Counted from the stretch's first letter, positions 1 through 9,639 are shown. The stretch is 64,000 nt of DNA from Thermoplasmatales archaeon SW_10_69_26 (GCA_003009755.1 PXUB01000001.1:32001-96000); one strand, 5' to 3'. Notes: generated from the sequence alone by a model not told the origin. Numbers and translations are program-made.

Positions 1-53
1 CCGTCGCGCAGGATTCCGGCGAAGAGGATGTTCGTGTCGACCACGAGTCTCAT
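1..53 (-). CDS. PIN-domain (VapC-like) toxin, N-terminus only; runs off window edge
   Basis: Reverse translation MRLVVDTNILFAGILRD matches the PIN N-terminal VDTN motif; ATGA overlap with upstream antitoxin. Confidence 0.8.
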   Translation of the reverse strand, partial: MRLVVDTNILFAGILRD

Positions 54-274
54 GCAAGCTCGTACTCCTCGCCCATCCCCTGTTTGACGAGCGCGTCGAG
101 TTCCTCGATGTCCTCGTCGGTGAGTTCGCTCTTCTCGGCGACCGCGTCCGCGATCGCGAGCTTCCGCAGGTGCTCCTGGACGGCTTTCCGCATCACCGCG
201 CTCCAGTTCACCTCGTCGCGGCTGCGCATCTCCTCGCGCAAGTCCTCCGGGACGGAGACCGTCACGTTCGGCAT
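50..274 (-). CDS. Ribbon-helix-helix antitoxin
   Basis: 74 aa MPNVTVSVPEDLREEMR..VNWSAVMRKAV; AGGTGA SD-like motif upstream; coupled to PIN gene. Confidence 0.8.
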   Translation of the reverse strand: MPNVTVSVPEDLREEMRSRDEVNWSAVMRKAVQEHLRKLAIADAVAEKSELTDEDIEELDALVKQGMGEEYELA

Positions 275-325
275 GTGTTCACCTGTGTAAGCAATATTTC
301 TACTCCTTTGTAAATAAGCCTTCCT
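275..325 (-). promoter_or_regulatory. AT-rich promoter/operator of TA operon
   Basis: Minus strand TTATTTAC TATA-like box and imperfect dyad around AATATT in a GC-rich background. Confidence 0.5.
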
Positions 326-859
326 GTTGCCGAGAGTGCCCCGAAACCGCTCGGCCACAGCGCTTGAACAACTGGCAGCCGAGAACAAACACGAGCCTCG
401 CGGAGGACCCGCGTCGCTCGCCACCGTCCCGCGACCACGGAGCCGCTGGGAACGACGAGATCGGTCTAAGACCCCCAAGCGCAAGATCACCGAGCTCGAG
501 GACTCATCAAACGGATGATGACACACCCTAACACCTTGCCGCCGCGAGCGCGCCGGCGGGCGAGCGGAGACCCCGTCACCGGTCCGACAACCCGGCGCTG
601 TCGAGGTGGCGATCGGCGCTGGCGAGCAGCGGGCCGACCACCGTGCGCCCTGGACCAAGCCCCCGAGCACGACCGATCCCTGCCGTGCCCGCTGGGGGCG
701 TTCTCCCCACCTTGCATGGCGCCGTGACGCCAGCCCGCCGCTCGCCACGGGTTCCACCCGGACCGGCTCCGGTCGATTGAATCACCATCGAGCGCTTGCT
801 CCTGAGATTCCCGGGCGAGGCCTAGAACATTTTTCTCCGTGCTTCTTTGTGTAAATACA

Positions 860-1354
860 ATGTCTGCCTTACGAGTTCTTCTGGTTGCTGCCTGTCTTCT
901 CTTCCCTCTGGGTTCGGGCTGCCTGTCGGACAGCCCCTCTTCGCCCTCCGAGCCTCGACCTCAGGCCACCCAGCCATCGCTCGACTTCACGTGGCACAAC
1001 CGAACCTGGAACGGTACCTTGGGGCAAGCGAACGTGTCCGGGAACCACGTAACCGAGCCATTGCTGACGGAGAATCGGTCGATCTCGTTCGAGGTTACGC
1101 CTGCGGTGGAGCGGATGGAACTCGAGATATCGGGGGGAGTGAGCGAGTTGAACCTTCGCATCGCGCCTCCCGACTGCACCGTCGAGCGCGCCGACGAGTG
1201 CGGGTGGGTCGTGCCGACGGAGAACATCGAGGCTCGCTGGCAGCAAGCCAACGTCTCAGCGGGGGTCTGGAACGCTCAGGTGAACATCCAGTCCACGGAG
1301 TCCACGACCCAGTACGAGATCGTGAAGCGCGTGAGGGTTCCGGTCGCTCCCTGA
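860..1354 (+). CDS. Hypothetical lipoprotein
   Basis: Signal peptide with lipobox-like GSGC, Ser/Pro linker, beta-rich domain. Confidence 0.65.
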   Translation: MSALRVLLVAACLLFPLGSGCLSDSPSSPSEPRPQATQPSLDFTWHNRTWNGTLGQANVSGNHVTEPLLTENRSISFEVTPAVERMELEISGGVSELNLRIAPPDCTVERADECGWVVPTENIEARWQQANVSAGVWNAQVNIQSTESTTQYEIVKRVRVPVAP

Positions 1355-1383
1355 CGTGCTTCCGTGACGGGGGTGCGCGGGTG

Positions 1384-2751
1384 TCAGGGTCCCAGCTCGT
1401 CGGGCAGATCGCCCATGTCGAGCTGCTGCATCAACCGTTTCTGCATGCCGCGGTCGCCCGACAAGCCTTCGATCGCGCGCTGGCTCATCTCGTAGTACTT
1501 GAGCAGCTCTTTGACGTCCTCGGGCTCGCAGCCGCTGCCCGTCGCGATGCGGCGCAGGCGTGAGCCTTTGATCTCGTCGGGGTTGGACATCTCCCAGTCC
1601 GTCATGGAGTCCATGATGATCTGGAACTGCTCCATCTGCTCCTCGGATTGAGCCATCTGGTCCTTGGGGAGGTTCTGCTTCATGCCGCCGATGCCGGGGA
1701 TCATGTCCACGATCTTGTTCATCGGCCCCATGTTGGAGAGCATCTCCATCTGGTCCTTCAGCTCGTGGAGCGTGAAGTCGCCCTCGAGGATCTTCTCGGC
1801 CGTCTCCTCGGCCTTGTCCTCGTCCTCGACGGCGTGCTGGGCCTTCTCGAGCAGGGTCTGGATGTCCCCCATGCCCAGCAGGCGGGAGATGAAGCGCTCG
1901 GCGTCGAAGGTCTCGATGTCGGCCAAGTCCTCGCCGGTCCCGACGAACACGATCGGGGCGCCGGTCTCGGAGACGGCGGACAGCGCGCCGCCCCCCTTGG
2001 CCGACCCGTCGATCTTGGTGAGGATGACGCCGGAGACGTCGACGGCGTCGTTGAACGCCTCGGCCTGGGGACCGGCTTGTTGACCGACGGTCGCGTCGAT
2101 GACGAGGATCTTCTCGTCGGGGTCGGCGACCTCGAAGACATCCTCCATCTCCTGGATGAGGTCGTCCTCGAGGCTGTGGCGACCGCTGGTGTCGACGATC
2201 TGGATGTCGGTGCGGTCCCGGAGCTCGGCGAGGCCCTCGTCGACGATCTTGGCGGCGTCGTCGTCACCGGCTTCCTTGTCCCCGTAGAAGGGGGCGTCGA
2301 CCTGGTCGCTGATCTGCTGCAGCTGGTCGTAGGCCGCCGGTCGGTGCACGTCGGCGGCGACGAGGCCGACCTGGAGGCCGCGCTGCTGGAAGTACTGGGC
2401 CAGCTTGCCGGCCGTGGTGGTCTTCCCTTGCCCGTAGAGACCGACGAGCATGATCGTCTGCGGCTTGAGCTCGATCTCTCGGCTCTCGCCGAGCACCTGG
2501 ACGAGCTCGTCGTGGACGATGCGGATGACGTGTTCGCGGGGGCTGGCGCCGGCGGCCGGCTCCTCCTCGAGGGCGCGCTCCTTGATCGAGCGCGTCATCT
2601 GGAGCGCCAGCTTGACGTTGACGTCGGCCTGGAGGAGCGCCCGCTGGATCTCGCGGACGATCTCCTCGATCAGGTCCTCGTCGACGCGGTTGGCGTTGGC
2701 CACCTTGGCGAGGGTGTCCCGCAAGTTCTCGCTGAGCGAGTCGAGGACCAC
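1384..2751 (-). CDS. srp54: Signal recognition particle protein SRP54
   Basis: ALLQADVN, GLYGQGKTTT, DTSGRH, TKIDGSAKGGGALS, M-domain SMT..E and RIATGSG; GTG start inferred. Confidence 0.97.
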   Translation of the reverse strand: MVLDSLSENLRDTLAKVANANRVDEDLIEEIVREIQRALLQADVNVKLALQMTRSIKERALEEEPAAGASPREHVIRIVHDELVQVLGESREIELKPQTIMLVGLYGQGKTTTAGKLAQYFQQRGLQVGLVAADVHRPAAYDQLQQISDQVDAPFYGDKEAGDDDAAKIVDEGLAELRDRTDIQIVDTSGRHSLEDDLIQEMEDVFEVADPDEKILVIDATVGQQAGPQAEAFNDAVDVSGVILTKIDGSAKGGGALSAVSETGAPIVFVGTGEDLADIETFDAERFISRLLGMGDIQTLLEKAQHAVEDEDKAEETAEKILEGDFTLHELKDQMEMLSNMGPMNKIVDMIPGIGGMKQNLPKDQMAQSEEQMEQFQIIMDSMTDWEMSNPDEIKGSRLRRIATGSGCEPEDVKELLKYYEMSQRAIEGLSGDRGMQKRLMQQLDMGDLPDELGP

Positions 2752-2824
2752 GCTTGGAACGAGCTGGCGGCTCGTCATAAAGCTTCGGTGGACGGCCGGC
2801 GGTGACAGCCCGCTGGGCGGGCGT

Positions 2825-4060
2825 TCACCCGCTCGTGGCCCGCGGTCGGGGCCGGTCGGCCGCCAGACAGGCGCGCTCGGCGGCCTGCAGGCGGGGGGCG
2901 AGCCCGAGCGCGAGCGGGCGGGCGAGGTGGCGGCGGGCGCTGGGGTCGGCCTCGTGCCAGCGTGGGGGGCGCTTGCTGGTCTCGCCGGGCTGGCGCGTCC
3001 CGCAGCGGGGGCACCGGTAGCCGGCCTCGTGCCCGATCGAGCGCATGTGGCCCCCGCAGCCGGGACAGGCGGGCGCCTGGGTGCCCTCGGCGGGCACGTG
3101 GAACAGCTTCTCCAGGTTGACCTGGCGGCCGGCGTCCTTGAGCGATCCCAGCGCGAGCAGGCGGTCGCCGGGTTCCACGGCTCGCAAACCGGTCCGCAGG
3201 TCGCCGGTGGGCTCGAAGGCGAGCACGGTGCGCTCGGCCTCGCGGGGCGTGCGCGTGGCCAGGCGGACGTGGCCGCCCTCGAGCCGCTGGGGCTCGTCAG
3301 CGGCAACGAGCGGTTGCAGGCTGGCCGCCGCGAGGTGGTCGTCGCTGGCTTGGTTGGTGACGAAGGTATAGGCTTGCTCGATCGGTTCCTCGGCCAGGCG
3401 GGCCGCGCGGTCGGCGAGGTCGTCGGGCTCGCTGGCCCGCAGGCCGAGGAGGAGGGGGCCTGGGGTGCGGGGGGCGACGAGGGCATGGTCCTCGCGGGCG
3501 TCGTAGGCGTCGAAGACGGCCTCGTGGTGGGTGTCGAGTTCGCGGGCGTGGCGAGCGTTGATCGCTCGCGGCGTGCCCCGTGCCTTGGGGTGGCGGTAGG
3601 CGATCCGTGTGTAGGTGGCCGAGGGGCCGGGCCGCCAGGCGGCGGCGCACAGGCACCCGACCAGGCCGCGACCGGTGCCGGCGGTCCAGGTGGGCACGTC
3701 GGCGAGGGCCGAGCGGGCCTCGTCGAGGCCGACGCGTTCGCGTACGCCGCGCTCGTACCAGGCCGGGGCCGGCGGCTCGGAGAGGACGGCCAGGCCGGCG
3801 CCTTTGCCCTCGGCGATGCGGGCGTGGTCGTCGACGACGGCGGCCGCGGTCTCGAGCACCGTCTCGGGGTGGAGGTCCCTCGAGAGAGGGATCGCGACGG
3901 CGGCGTTGCCGCGCGTCTTCCAGGGGTTGTCGGGATCGAGGCGGACCAGACGCGGCCGGCCATCCAACGCGTCGGGGCCGAGCCGATCGGCGATGCAGGC
4001 GGCGGCGTAGGTGGTGCATCCCCCCTGGGGGCCGTCGGTGTCGTCCAGCGTCAACAGCAC
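2825..4060 (-). CDS. tiaS: tRNA(Ile2) 2-agmatinylcytidine synthetase
   Basis: LDDTD..GGCTTY, PRLVRL.P.NPWKTRGNAAV, TNQASDDH, FEPTG, C-terminal CPGC..CPRC Zn ribbon. Confidence 0.93.
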   Translation of the reverse strand: MLLTLDDTDGPQGGCTTYAAACIADRLGPDALDGRPRLVRLDPDNPWKTRGNAAVAIPLSRDLHPETVLETAAAVVDDHARIAEGKGAGLAVLSEPPAPAWYERGVRERVGLDEARSALADVPTWTAGTGRGLVGCLCAAAWRPGPSATYTRIAYRHPKARGTPRAINARHARELDTHHEAVFDAYDAREDHALVAPRTPGPLLLGLRASEPDDLADRAARLAEEPIEQAYTFVTNQASDDHLAAASLQPLVAADEPQRLEGGHVRLATRTPREAERTVLAFEPTGDLRTGLRAVEPGDRLLALGSLKDAGRQVNLEKLFHVPAEGTQAPACPGCGGHMRSIGHEAGYRCPRCGTRQPGETSKRPPRWHEADPSARRHLARPLALGLAPRLQAAERACLAADRPRPRATSG

Positions 4061-4064
4061 CGGA

Positions 4065-7000
4065 TCAGCCTCCGGCCACGCGGTCGACGGTGCGGGAGCC
4101 GCCGGGGTCCAGCTGGTCGAGGGCGTCGGCGAAGGCGCTTGCGTCGGGGTAGCGGTCCTCGGGGTCGCGGGCCAGGGCCTTGGCGAGGACCTCGTTGACG
4201 GCGGCGGGGACGCCGTCGATCGGGAGCCGGACGTCGCGTTCGATCAGCTCCTCGGGGGGAGGCGTGGTGTCGGTCTGCAGGCCGAGGTGGTGCTCGCCGG
4301 TGAGGAGGTTGTAGACGAGGGCGCCGGCGGCGTAGACGTCGGCTTGGGGACCGGGCGGGTCGCCGAGGAGTTGTTCGGGCGCCATGTAGCGCGGCGTGCC
4401 GACGAAGGCGTCCTCCTGTCCGGGCGGTTCGTCGCGGCGGACGGCGACGCCGAAGTCGGTGATCTTGGCGGTCCCGTCGGGGGTGAGCAGGATGTTGGAG
4501 GGCTTGAGGTCGCGGTGCACGATGCCGGCCTCGTGGAGGGCAGCCAAGCCGTCGAGCACCTCGGCGGCCATCGGCAGGGCCTGTTTGGTCTCCATCGCCT
4601 GGTCGGTGCGGTCGGCGAGCGTGCCGCCCTCGATGTACTCCATGACGAGCAGCAGCCGGCCTTCCTCCTCGATGACGTCGTGCACGACGACGACGTTGCG
4701 GTGCTGGAGGTTGGCGGCGGTCTTGGCCTCGTGCAACAGGAGCTCGCGGGCGTCGGCGCCGACGTTCTCGAGGTCCTTGAGGACGACGTCGCGCTCGAGC
4801 ACGCTGTCCTCGGCGAGGTAGGTCGTGCCGAACCCGCCCTCGCCGAGGACGCGTTCGACGCGGAAACGGTCCACCTTGCGTGGCATGAAGCCGTGGGCAA
4901 CGGTGGCGCTGCCGTCGTCGGCGGCGACCGGCGAGGCGCTGGCGGGGCTCGTGGAGAACTCGGTGGGTCCGGTCCCGGTCCCCGTCTCCTCGCGGCGGCG
5001 GTGGTACCAGATGCCACCGGCGGCGGCGAGCCCGAGCAGTACGGCCAAGCCGAGGCCGCCGGCGAGGTAGGGGTTGTCGCTGGCGGCGCGTGTGGCGAGC
5101 GTCAGGGGGCTGGGCTCGGAGATGTCGAAGGTGCGCTGGACCTCTTCGCCGCTGGCGGGCGAGACGAGCGCGCGGTCGGGGTCGGCGGTCTCGGCGACGA
5201 TGGTGCCCGTGAACGAGCGGGGGGCCTCCGGCACGAACGAGAGCATCACGGTCCGGTTGGCGGGTTCGCCGGCGCGGAGGTTGACGTCCTGGACAGCCAA
5301 GGCCTGCGAGCCCGAGCGCAACGAGAACCGCAGGGAGACGTCGCCGGGCGGGTCGTCGCCGGTGAGGGCCAACTCGATCGTGCTCGTCGTGCCGGCCTCG
5401 AGGTCGGTGTCGGTGACGGTCCACGTGACGTGGGCCGGGGCTGGTCGGACGTCCAAGGCGAGGGGGGTCGGGTCGGAGCCGACCGGCGCCATCAGGATAG
5501 CATCCGAGCGGTCCTGGTCGGCTTCGACGAACAGCTGGCCCTGTTCGCGCGGTTGGAGCACGATCTCCTCGGGGCCGCCCGGCACGACGGGGGCGTTGGG
5601 TTCGACCGTCATCGTGCGGCCGATGCCGTTGGCGACGGTGATCTCGGCCAGCGAGCCGCGCGTGAAGGACAGCTGGGCGGGCACGGTGCAGACGTCGGCG
5701 GGGCAGTCGCCGCTGAACGTGGCCACGGTCTCGTTCCGCCAGGCCTGCTCGCTGGGGGAGAGCACGGTGCGTTGGCGGGTGGCGTTCAGGTCGCCGTCGG
5801 AGACGTGCAGCGTGACGTTGTAGACGCGGGGGGCCTGGCCGGGCAGCGTAAGCCACGCGCCGGTCTGGCCGCTGTCGTCGTCGACGGACCACCAGTAGGT
5901 CAGGTCCTCGTCGTCGGGATCGCTGGTCTCGTTGGCGGTCAGGGCCAAGCGACCGTCCTCGGTGGCCCGTTGCGTGATGCTGGGTTGAGGGGGGAGGTTG
6001 ATCTCCATCGTCCGCGAGGCGGTGACCTGGGAGGAGCCGTCGTCGACGGTGAGGTGGATGGTGTGGTTGCCGGAGGTGGTGAAGCGGTGGGTGACGGTGG
6101 AGCCTCGCTTGACCGGGCCCTCGTCGAAGCGCCAGGTGTAGGTGAGCGGGGAGCGGTCCGGGTCCTGGGACCCGCGGGCGTCGAAGACGTGGCCTTCGCC
6201 CTGCTGCCACGCGACGGTGAACTGGGCTTCGGGGGGTCGGTCCTTGCCCAGCATGCGGAGCTCGCCGTCGGGGCCGGCCCAGAGGACGCCGCCACCGTCG
6301 GCGATCGCGATGCCGGTCGGGATCTGCGAGCAGCCGGAGGGGGTCAGCGTCTTCGTCCACCGGGAGTCCAGCAACCGACGGTCCTGGTGGGGGTGGCCGA
6401 CGAGGGAGCGGATGACGGCCACGCCGCGCTCGGCCGAGCAGACGTCGGCGAGGTAGATGTCGCCGTTGGCGTCGACGGCGGGTTGGCCGAGGAGGGGGCC
6501 GAACACGTTGCCCAGTGACTTGATGTGGGCGCCGCCGAGCGTGACGATGTGGATGGACCCGCCGGCGTCGACGATGAACACGGGCTGGCTGCCGTCGGCG
6601 CCCCATCCGACGGTCGGGGCCGCGTAGATCTGGCCGTCGAGCTCGGAGCCGGGCCGTTCGGCGTCGCCGGTGCGCCAGGCGACGTCCCCGCTGGCTCGGT
6701 CCACGGCGACGACCTCTTCGTCCCCCATGACGAGGGCGATCGACGAACCGGGAGCCAGGGAGACGCCGCGCGGCGTGCAGTTGCAGTCGATGCGATCCTC
6801 GACGCTGAGCGAGCCGGCGGAGAGCTCGACGATGCCGCCCTCCTGGATGGCGACGATCGTGTCGTCGTTGTCGACGGCGACCGGGGGGCCCGGCGTGGGG
6901 CCCGGCGTCGAGGAGAGGGGCGGATCGTAGTTCGTCGGCTCCTGGAGGCTGCGCTCGTCGACGATGTCCCCCTGGGTGGTGACGGCCAGCACCGTCCAGG

Positions 7001-7856
7001 GCTCCCGGACGGTGTAGATCCGGCCGTCGGGGTCGACGACGGGGCCGGAGAGCAGCTCGCGGTCGCCGTCGATCTCGGTCTGCCAGGCCTCGGCGCGTTC
7101 CGGGTTGACGCCGCGGAGCTCGCCGTCGCCGGTGGCGGCGATGACCAAGCCCTCGGGCGTCGAGGCGGGCGGGAACGGGACCGAGGATCCCAGACGCAGT
7201 GGGGGGTCCCACAGCGGGTCACCGTCGGAGGTGAACCGGTAGGCGAGCCCGCTCCAAGTGATGGCGGTCACGTTGCCGTCCTCGTCGACGATCGGGTCGT
7301 GGAACGGCTGGTCGTCGGAGGAGCGGGCCGACCATCGCACGAGGTCGACCTGCTGGGGGCCGATGTTGAGCGATCGGCCGGAGTGCTGGGCGTCGGCGCC
7401 GTGCTGGGGCCAGGCGGGGCCGAGGCCGCCGGCGACGGGCTCGTCGGCGTGGACGAAGAAGATCGTGGAGCTGGAGCCGGTGATCTCGAGCTCGGTCGCG
7501 TTGTTGCCGGTGTCGTTGCGCGCGCTGTCGACGCTCACCGAGTGCAGCCCGGGTTGGGTCTGGGAGGGCAACGGGACGTCGATCGTGCCGGTCACGAGCG
7601 AGGAGCGGTCGGAGACGAGCGTGCGCGAGATCGAGGAGGCTTGCCGGCGGTCGTCGGGGTTCTCGACGCCGACGGTCACGTTGAGCCGGTCGACCGTCGT
7701 GTTGATCGTGAGCTGGACCTCGATCGTGGCGTCGGAGGGCCCGACGACGAGGGGCGTGGCCTGCATCTCGACGACCGCGACCTCGTCGGAGGACTGGGCC
7801 GCGGCCGGAGCGGAGAACAGCGTTCCTGCGGCCAAGAGGGCGAGGACCAACGTCAA
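4065..7856 (-). CDS. Membrane-anchored Hanks-type Ser/Thr kinase with extracellular PQQ-like beta-propeller and PKD/Ig domains
   Basis: Signal peptide; WPQHGADAQHSG propeller start; PKD FDARGSQDPD..YTWRF; TM helix then RRR; kinase GEGGFG, HRDLKPSN, DFG, GTPRYMAPE; start uncertain. Confidence 0.92.
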   Translation of the reverse strand: MTLVLALLAAGTLFSAPAAAQSSDEVAVVEMQATPLVVGPSDATIEVQLTINTTVDRLNVTVGVENPDDRRQASSISRTLVSDRSSLVTGTIDVPLPSQTQPGLHSVSVDSARNDTGNNATELEITGSSSTIFFVHADEPVAGGLGPAWPQHGADAQHSGRSLNIGPQQVDLVRWSARSSDDQPFHDPIVDEDGNVTAITWSGLAYRFTSDGDPLWDPPLRLGSSVPFPPASTPEGLVIAATGDGELRGVNPERAEAWQTEIDGDRELLSGPVVDPDGRIYTVREPWTVLAVTTQGDIVDERSLQEPTNYDPPLSSTPGPTPGPPVAVDNDDTIVAIQEGGIVELSAGSLSVEDRIDCNCTPRGVSLAPGSSIALVMGDEEVVAVDRASGDVAWRTGDAERPGSELDGQIYAAPTVGWGADGSQPVFIVDAGGSIHIVTLGGAHIKSLGNVFGPLLGQPAVDANGDIYLADVCSAERGVAVIRSLVGHPHQDRRLLDSRWTKTLTPSGCSQIPTGIAIADGGGVLWAGPDGELRMLGKDRPPEAQFTVAWQQGEGHVFDARGSQDPDRSPLTYTWRFDEGPVKRGSTVTHRFTTSGNHTIHLTVDDGSSQVTASRTMEINLPPQPSITQRATEDGRLALTANETSDPDDEDLTYWWSVDDDSGQTGAWLTLPGQAPRVYNVTLHVSDGDLNATRQRTVLSPSEQAWRNETVATFSGDCPADVCTVPAQLSFTRGSLAEITVANGIGRTMTVEPNAPVVPGGPEEIVLQPREQGQLFVEADQDRSDAILMAPVGSDPTPLALDVRPAPAHVTWTVTDTDLEAGTTSTIELALTGDDPPGDVSLRFSLRSGSQALAVQDVNLRAGEPANRTVMLSFVPEAPRSFTGTIVAETADPDRALVSPASGEEVQRTFDISEPSPLTLATRAASDNPYLAGGLGLAVLLGLAAAGGIWYHRRREETGTGTGPTEFSTSPASASPVAADDGSATVAHGFMPRKVDRFRVERVLGEGGFGTTYLAEDSVLERDVVLKDLENVGADARELLLHEAKTAANLQHRNVVVVHDVIEEEGRLLLVMEYIEGGTLADRTDQAMETKQALPMAAEVLDGLAALHEAGIVHRDLKPSNILLTPDGTAKITDFGVAVRRDEPPGQEDAFVGTPRYMAPEQLLGDPPGPQADVYAAGALVYNLLTGEHHLGLQTDTTPPPEELIERDVRLPIDGVPAAVNEVLAKALARDPEDRYPDASAFADALDQLDPGGSRTVDRVAGG

Positions 7857-7995
7857 GGTCGCCGCGCCGTGGCGAGCTCGTGCGCGCGGGTGCAGGATGG
7901 CTGTGCCCCTCCCAAGCCCATTCCGACGGGGAGGACGTAACGTTTGCGGTCCCGGCCTCCGGCTCTCGGGGCCTCAGGGGGCCCGCAGGGGCTCA

Positions 7996-8312
7996 GCCGT
8001 GGGAGAGGGAAGGGATGACCCGGCCCCACGACGGGACCCGCTGCCGGCACCCAGGCGAGCGCGAGCTCCCCAGGCCCCGGCAGCGGGGGGATGCACACTG
8101 TGCGTATCGTCGATGGGATGTGGGATGGGACGGGTCGGGAGCCGGGTGGGCTTGGTGCCCACCGCCGCGATGGGCGTGTTGTATTTCAAAGCCGTGAAAG
8201 CTGACGAGAGGGAACGCCAACAGCCGGTTGCACGGTCTTCGGACGTTCAGATCGGACGTTTCCGTCGACACGGGAACCCCGTTCCAAGCGACGTCCTTCA
8301 CGACGTAGCCCC
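7996..8312. repeat. Intergenic tandem repeat copy 1 (promoter plus putative sRNA unit)
   Basis: Aligns with 8417-8678 (offset 367 over the core); copy 1 carries an extra ~50-bp hairpin at 8037-8088. Confidence 0.9.
8000..8160 (-). ncRNA. Putative structured small RNA 1
   Basis: TTTGAAAT at -30, AT at -11/-10, T/G start; 5' hairpin, 14-bp closing stem, C-rich loop, pyrimidine-rich 3' end; no conserved ORF. Confidence 0.5.
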
Positions 8313-8416
8313 CGACGACCGCGGGTCGATCGAGGGACGAGCTGCGACGCTGACGCCGGCGAGGAGCGGGAGCAAGCGCCTCCAGCTCCCCGACGAGAGG
8401 GGAACCTGCAAGCGTG

Positions 8417-8678
8417 GCCGTGAGAGGAGAAGGATGGCCCGGCCCCACGACGCGGAGGGATGCACTGTGCGTACCGTCGATGGGATGTGGGATGGGACGG
8501 GCCGGGAGCCGGGTGGGCTTGGTGCCCACCCCCGCGATGAGGGTGTTGTATTTCAAAGCCGTGAAAGCTGACAGCAGGATACGCCAACCGCCGGTTGCAA
8601 GGCTTGTCGACGTTCAGACGCGGCGTTTCCGCTGACAAGCGAACCCCGTTCCAGGCGGCCTCCTTGACGATGTAACCC
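8417..8678. repeat. Intergenic tandem repeat copy 2
   Basis: Near-identical core to 8089-8205, more diverged flanks. Confidence 0.9.
8421..8527 (-). ncRNA. Putative structured small RNA 2 (paralog)
   Basis: Same promoter spacing and predicted fold; A-U to G-U change keeps the stem. Confidence 0.5.
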
Positions 8679-8874
8679 GGCTCAGCGGTGGGCCCATCTT
8701 CCACTCCGAGCGGTGGATCGCAGCCCGGGCACCGCCGATGCAAGGCGAGGTGGTTGGGGTCGCAGCGGGCCACGAAGCGGGCGAGCCACGCCCGTGGTTG
8801 CCCGATGCAGCTGCTCGTGAGGCTAGGCTATCGTCCATCGCTTCCGGGGCCTCTCCCCAGCCGACGAGGGGCCC

Positions 8875-9639
8875 TCAGGGGTTCCGGAAGAGGAGCAACG
8901 AGCGCCCGACGCCGATCACGTCGCCGTGGGTGAGCTCGACCTCGTCGCCGCCGCGCAGCTCCTGGTCCCAGTTGACGATGGTGCCGTTGAGGCTCTCGGC
9001 GTCGCGCAGGCGGAACGTGCCGCCTTCGTGGGTGAGGACGGCGTGCTTGCGCGAGATGAACAGGTCGTACTCGAGGGGGACGTCGACCTCCTCGCCGCCC
9101 ACCTGGCGTTCGCGGCCGACCAGCCACTCCATCGGTTCGGCCTTGCTCCGCAACGGGAACACGCGGCCCTCGCGGATCCCGCGGATGAGGATGAGCTGGG
9201 CGAGCGCGTCCTCGGTCTCGGGGGTCTCGGGCTCGGATTGCTGGACGCGCGTGCGGTCGGGCACGCCGCCGGCGGCGGACTCCATGGCGAGGTTGCCCAG
9301 CGTGCGGACCTCCTCGAGCACCATGAACAGGTGGTCCTCGCGGGCGTAGTACTCCTTCGTGTGGCTGCCTTCGCCCTGGGCGACGCGGGTCTCGACGAGG
9401 TCGACCTCCTCGAGCTTGTCGATGTGGCTGAGGATCGCTTGACGGGTGAGGGGGATCTCGCGGGTGTCGCTCTCGGCGTCCTTGGACGTCTCCTCGCGGT
9501 AGGCCTCGATCTCGCCCACGTTCTTCGGTGTGGTGAGCTGGCGGAGGATGTCGAGGCGTTGGCGGTTGCCGAGCGCGGAGAGGACCAGGGACAGGCGCTC
9601 GGTGTCCACCTTGCCACCGGGGGATTGGGGATCCGGCAT
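8875..9639 (-). CDS. ArsR-like winged-HTH plus FHA domain regulator
   Basis: LSALGNRQRLDILRQL and RQAILSHIDKLEEVDLV HTH; FHA VGRE, ISRKHA, SLNGT. Confidence 0.9.
   Translation of the reverse strand: MPDPQSPGGKVDTERLSLVLSALGNRQRLDILRQLTTPKNVGEIEAYREETSKDAESDTREIPLTRQAILSHIDKLEEVDLVETRVAQGEGSHTKEYYAREDHLFMVLEEVRTLGNLAMESAAGGVPDRTRVQQSEPETPETEDALAQLILIRGIREGRVFPLRSKAEPMEWLVGRERQVGGEEVDVPLEYDLFISRKHAVLTHEGGTFRLRDAESLNGTIVNWDQELRGGDEVELTHGDVIGVGRSLLLFRNP

Noticed and set aside
326-850. Possible IS remnant upstream of the TA operon
   Set aside because: No terminal repeats or transposase motif seen
4011-7940. Long antisense and alternate-frame ORFs here and throughout the window
   Set aside because: Shadow ORFs expected at about 70% GC opposite genes with clear motifs
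7974-8773. Short ORFs across the tandem repeats (MKYNT..., MGCGMG..., GY.VK..AWNG...)
   Set aside because: Frames diverge or stop differently between copies, and the starts are TTG inside the TATA-like box or lack context; conservation fits promoter plus RNA better, though a peptide is not fully excluded
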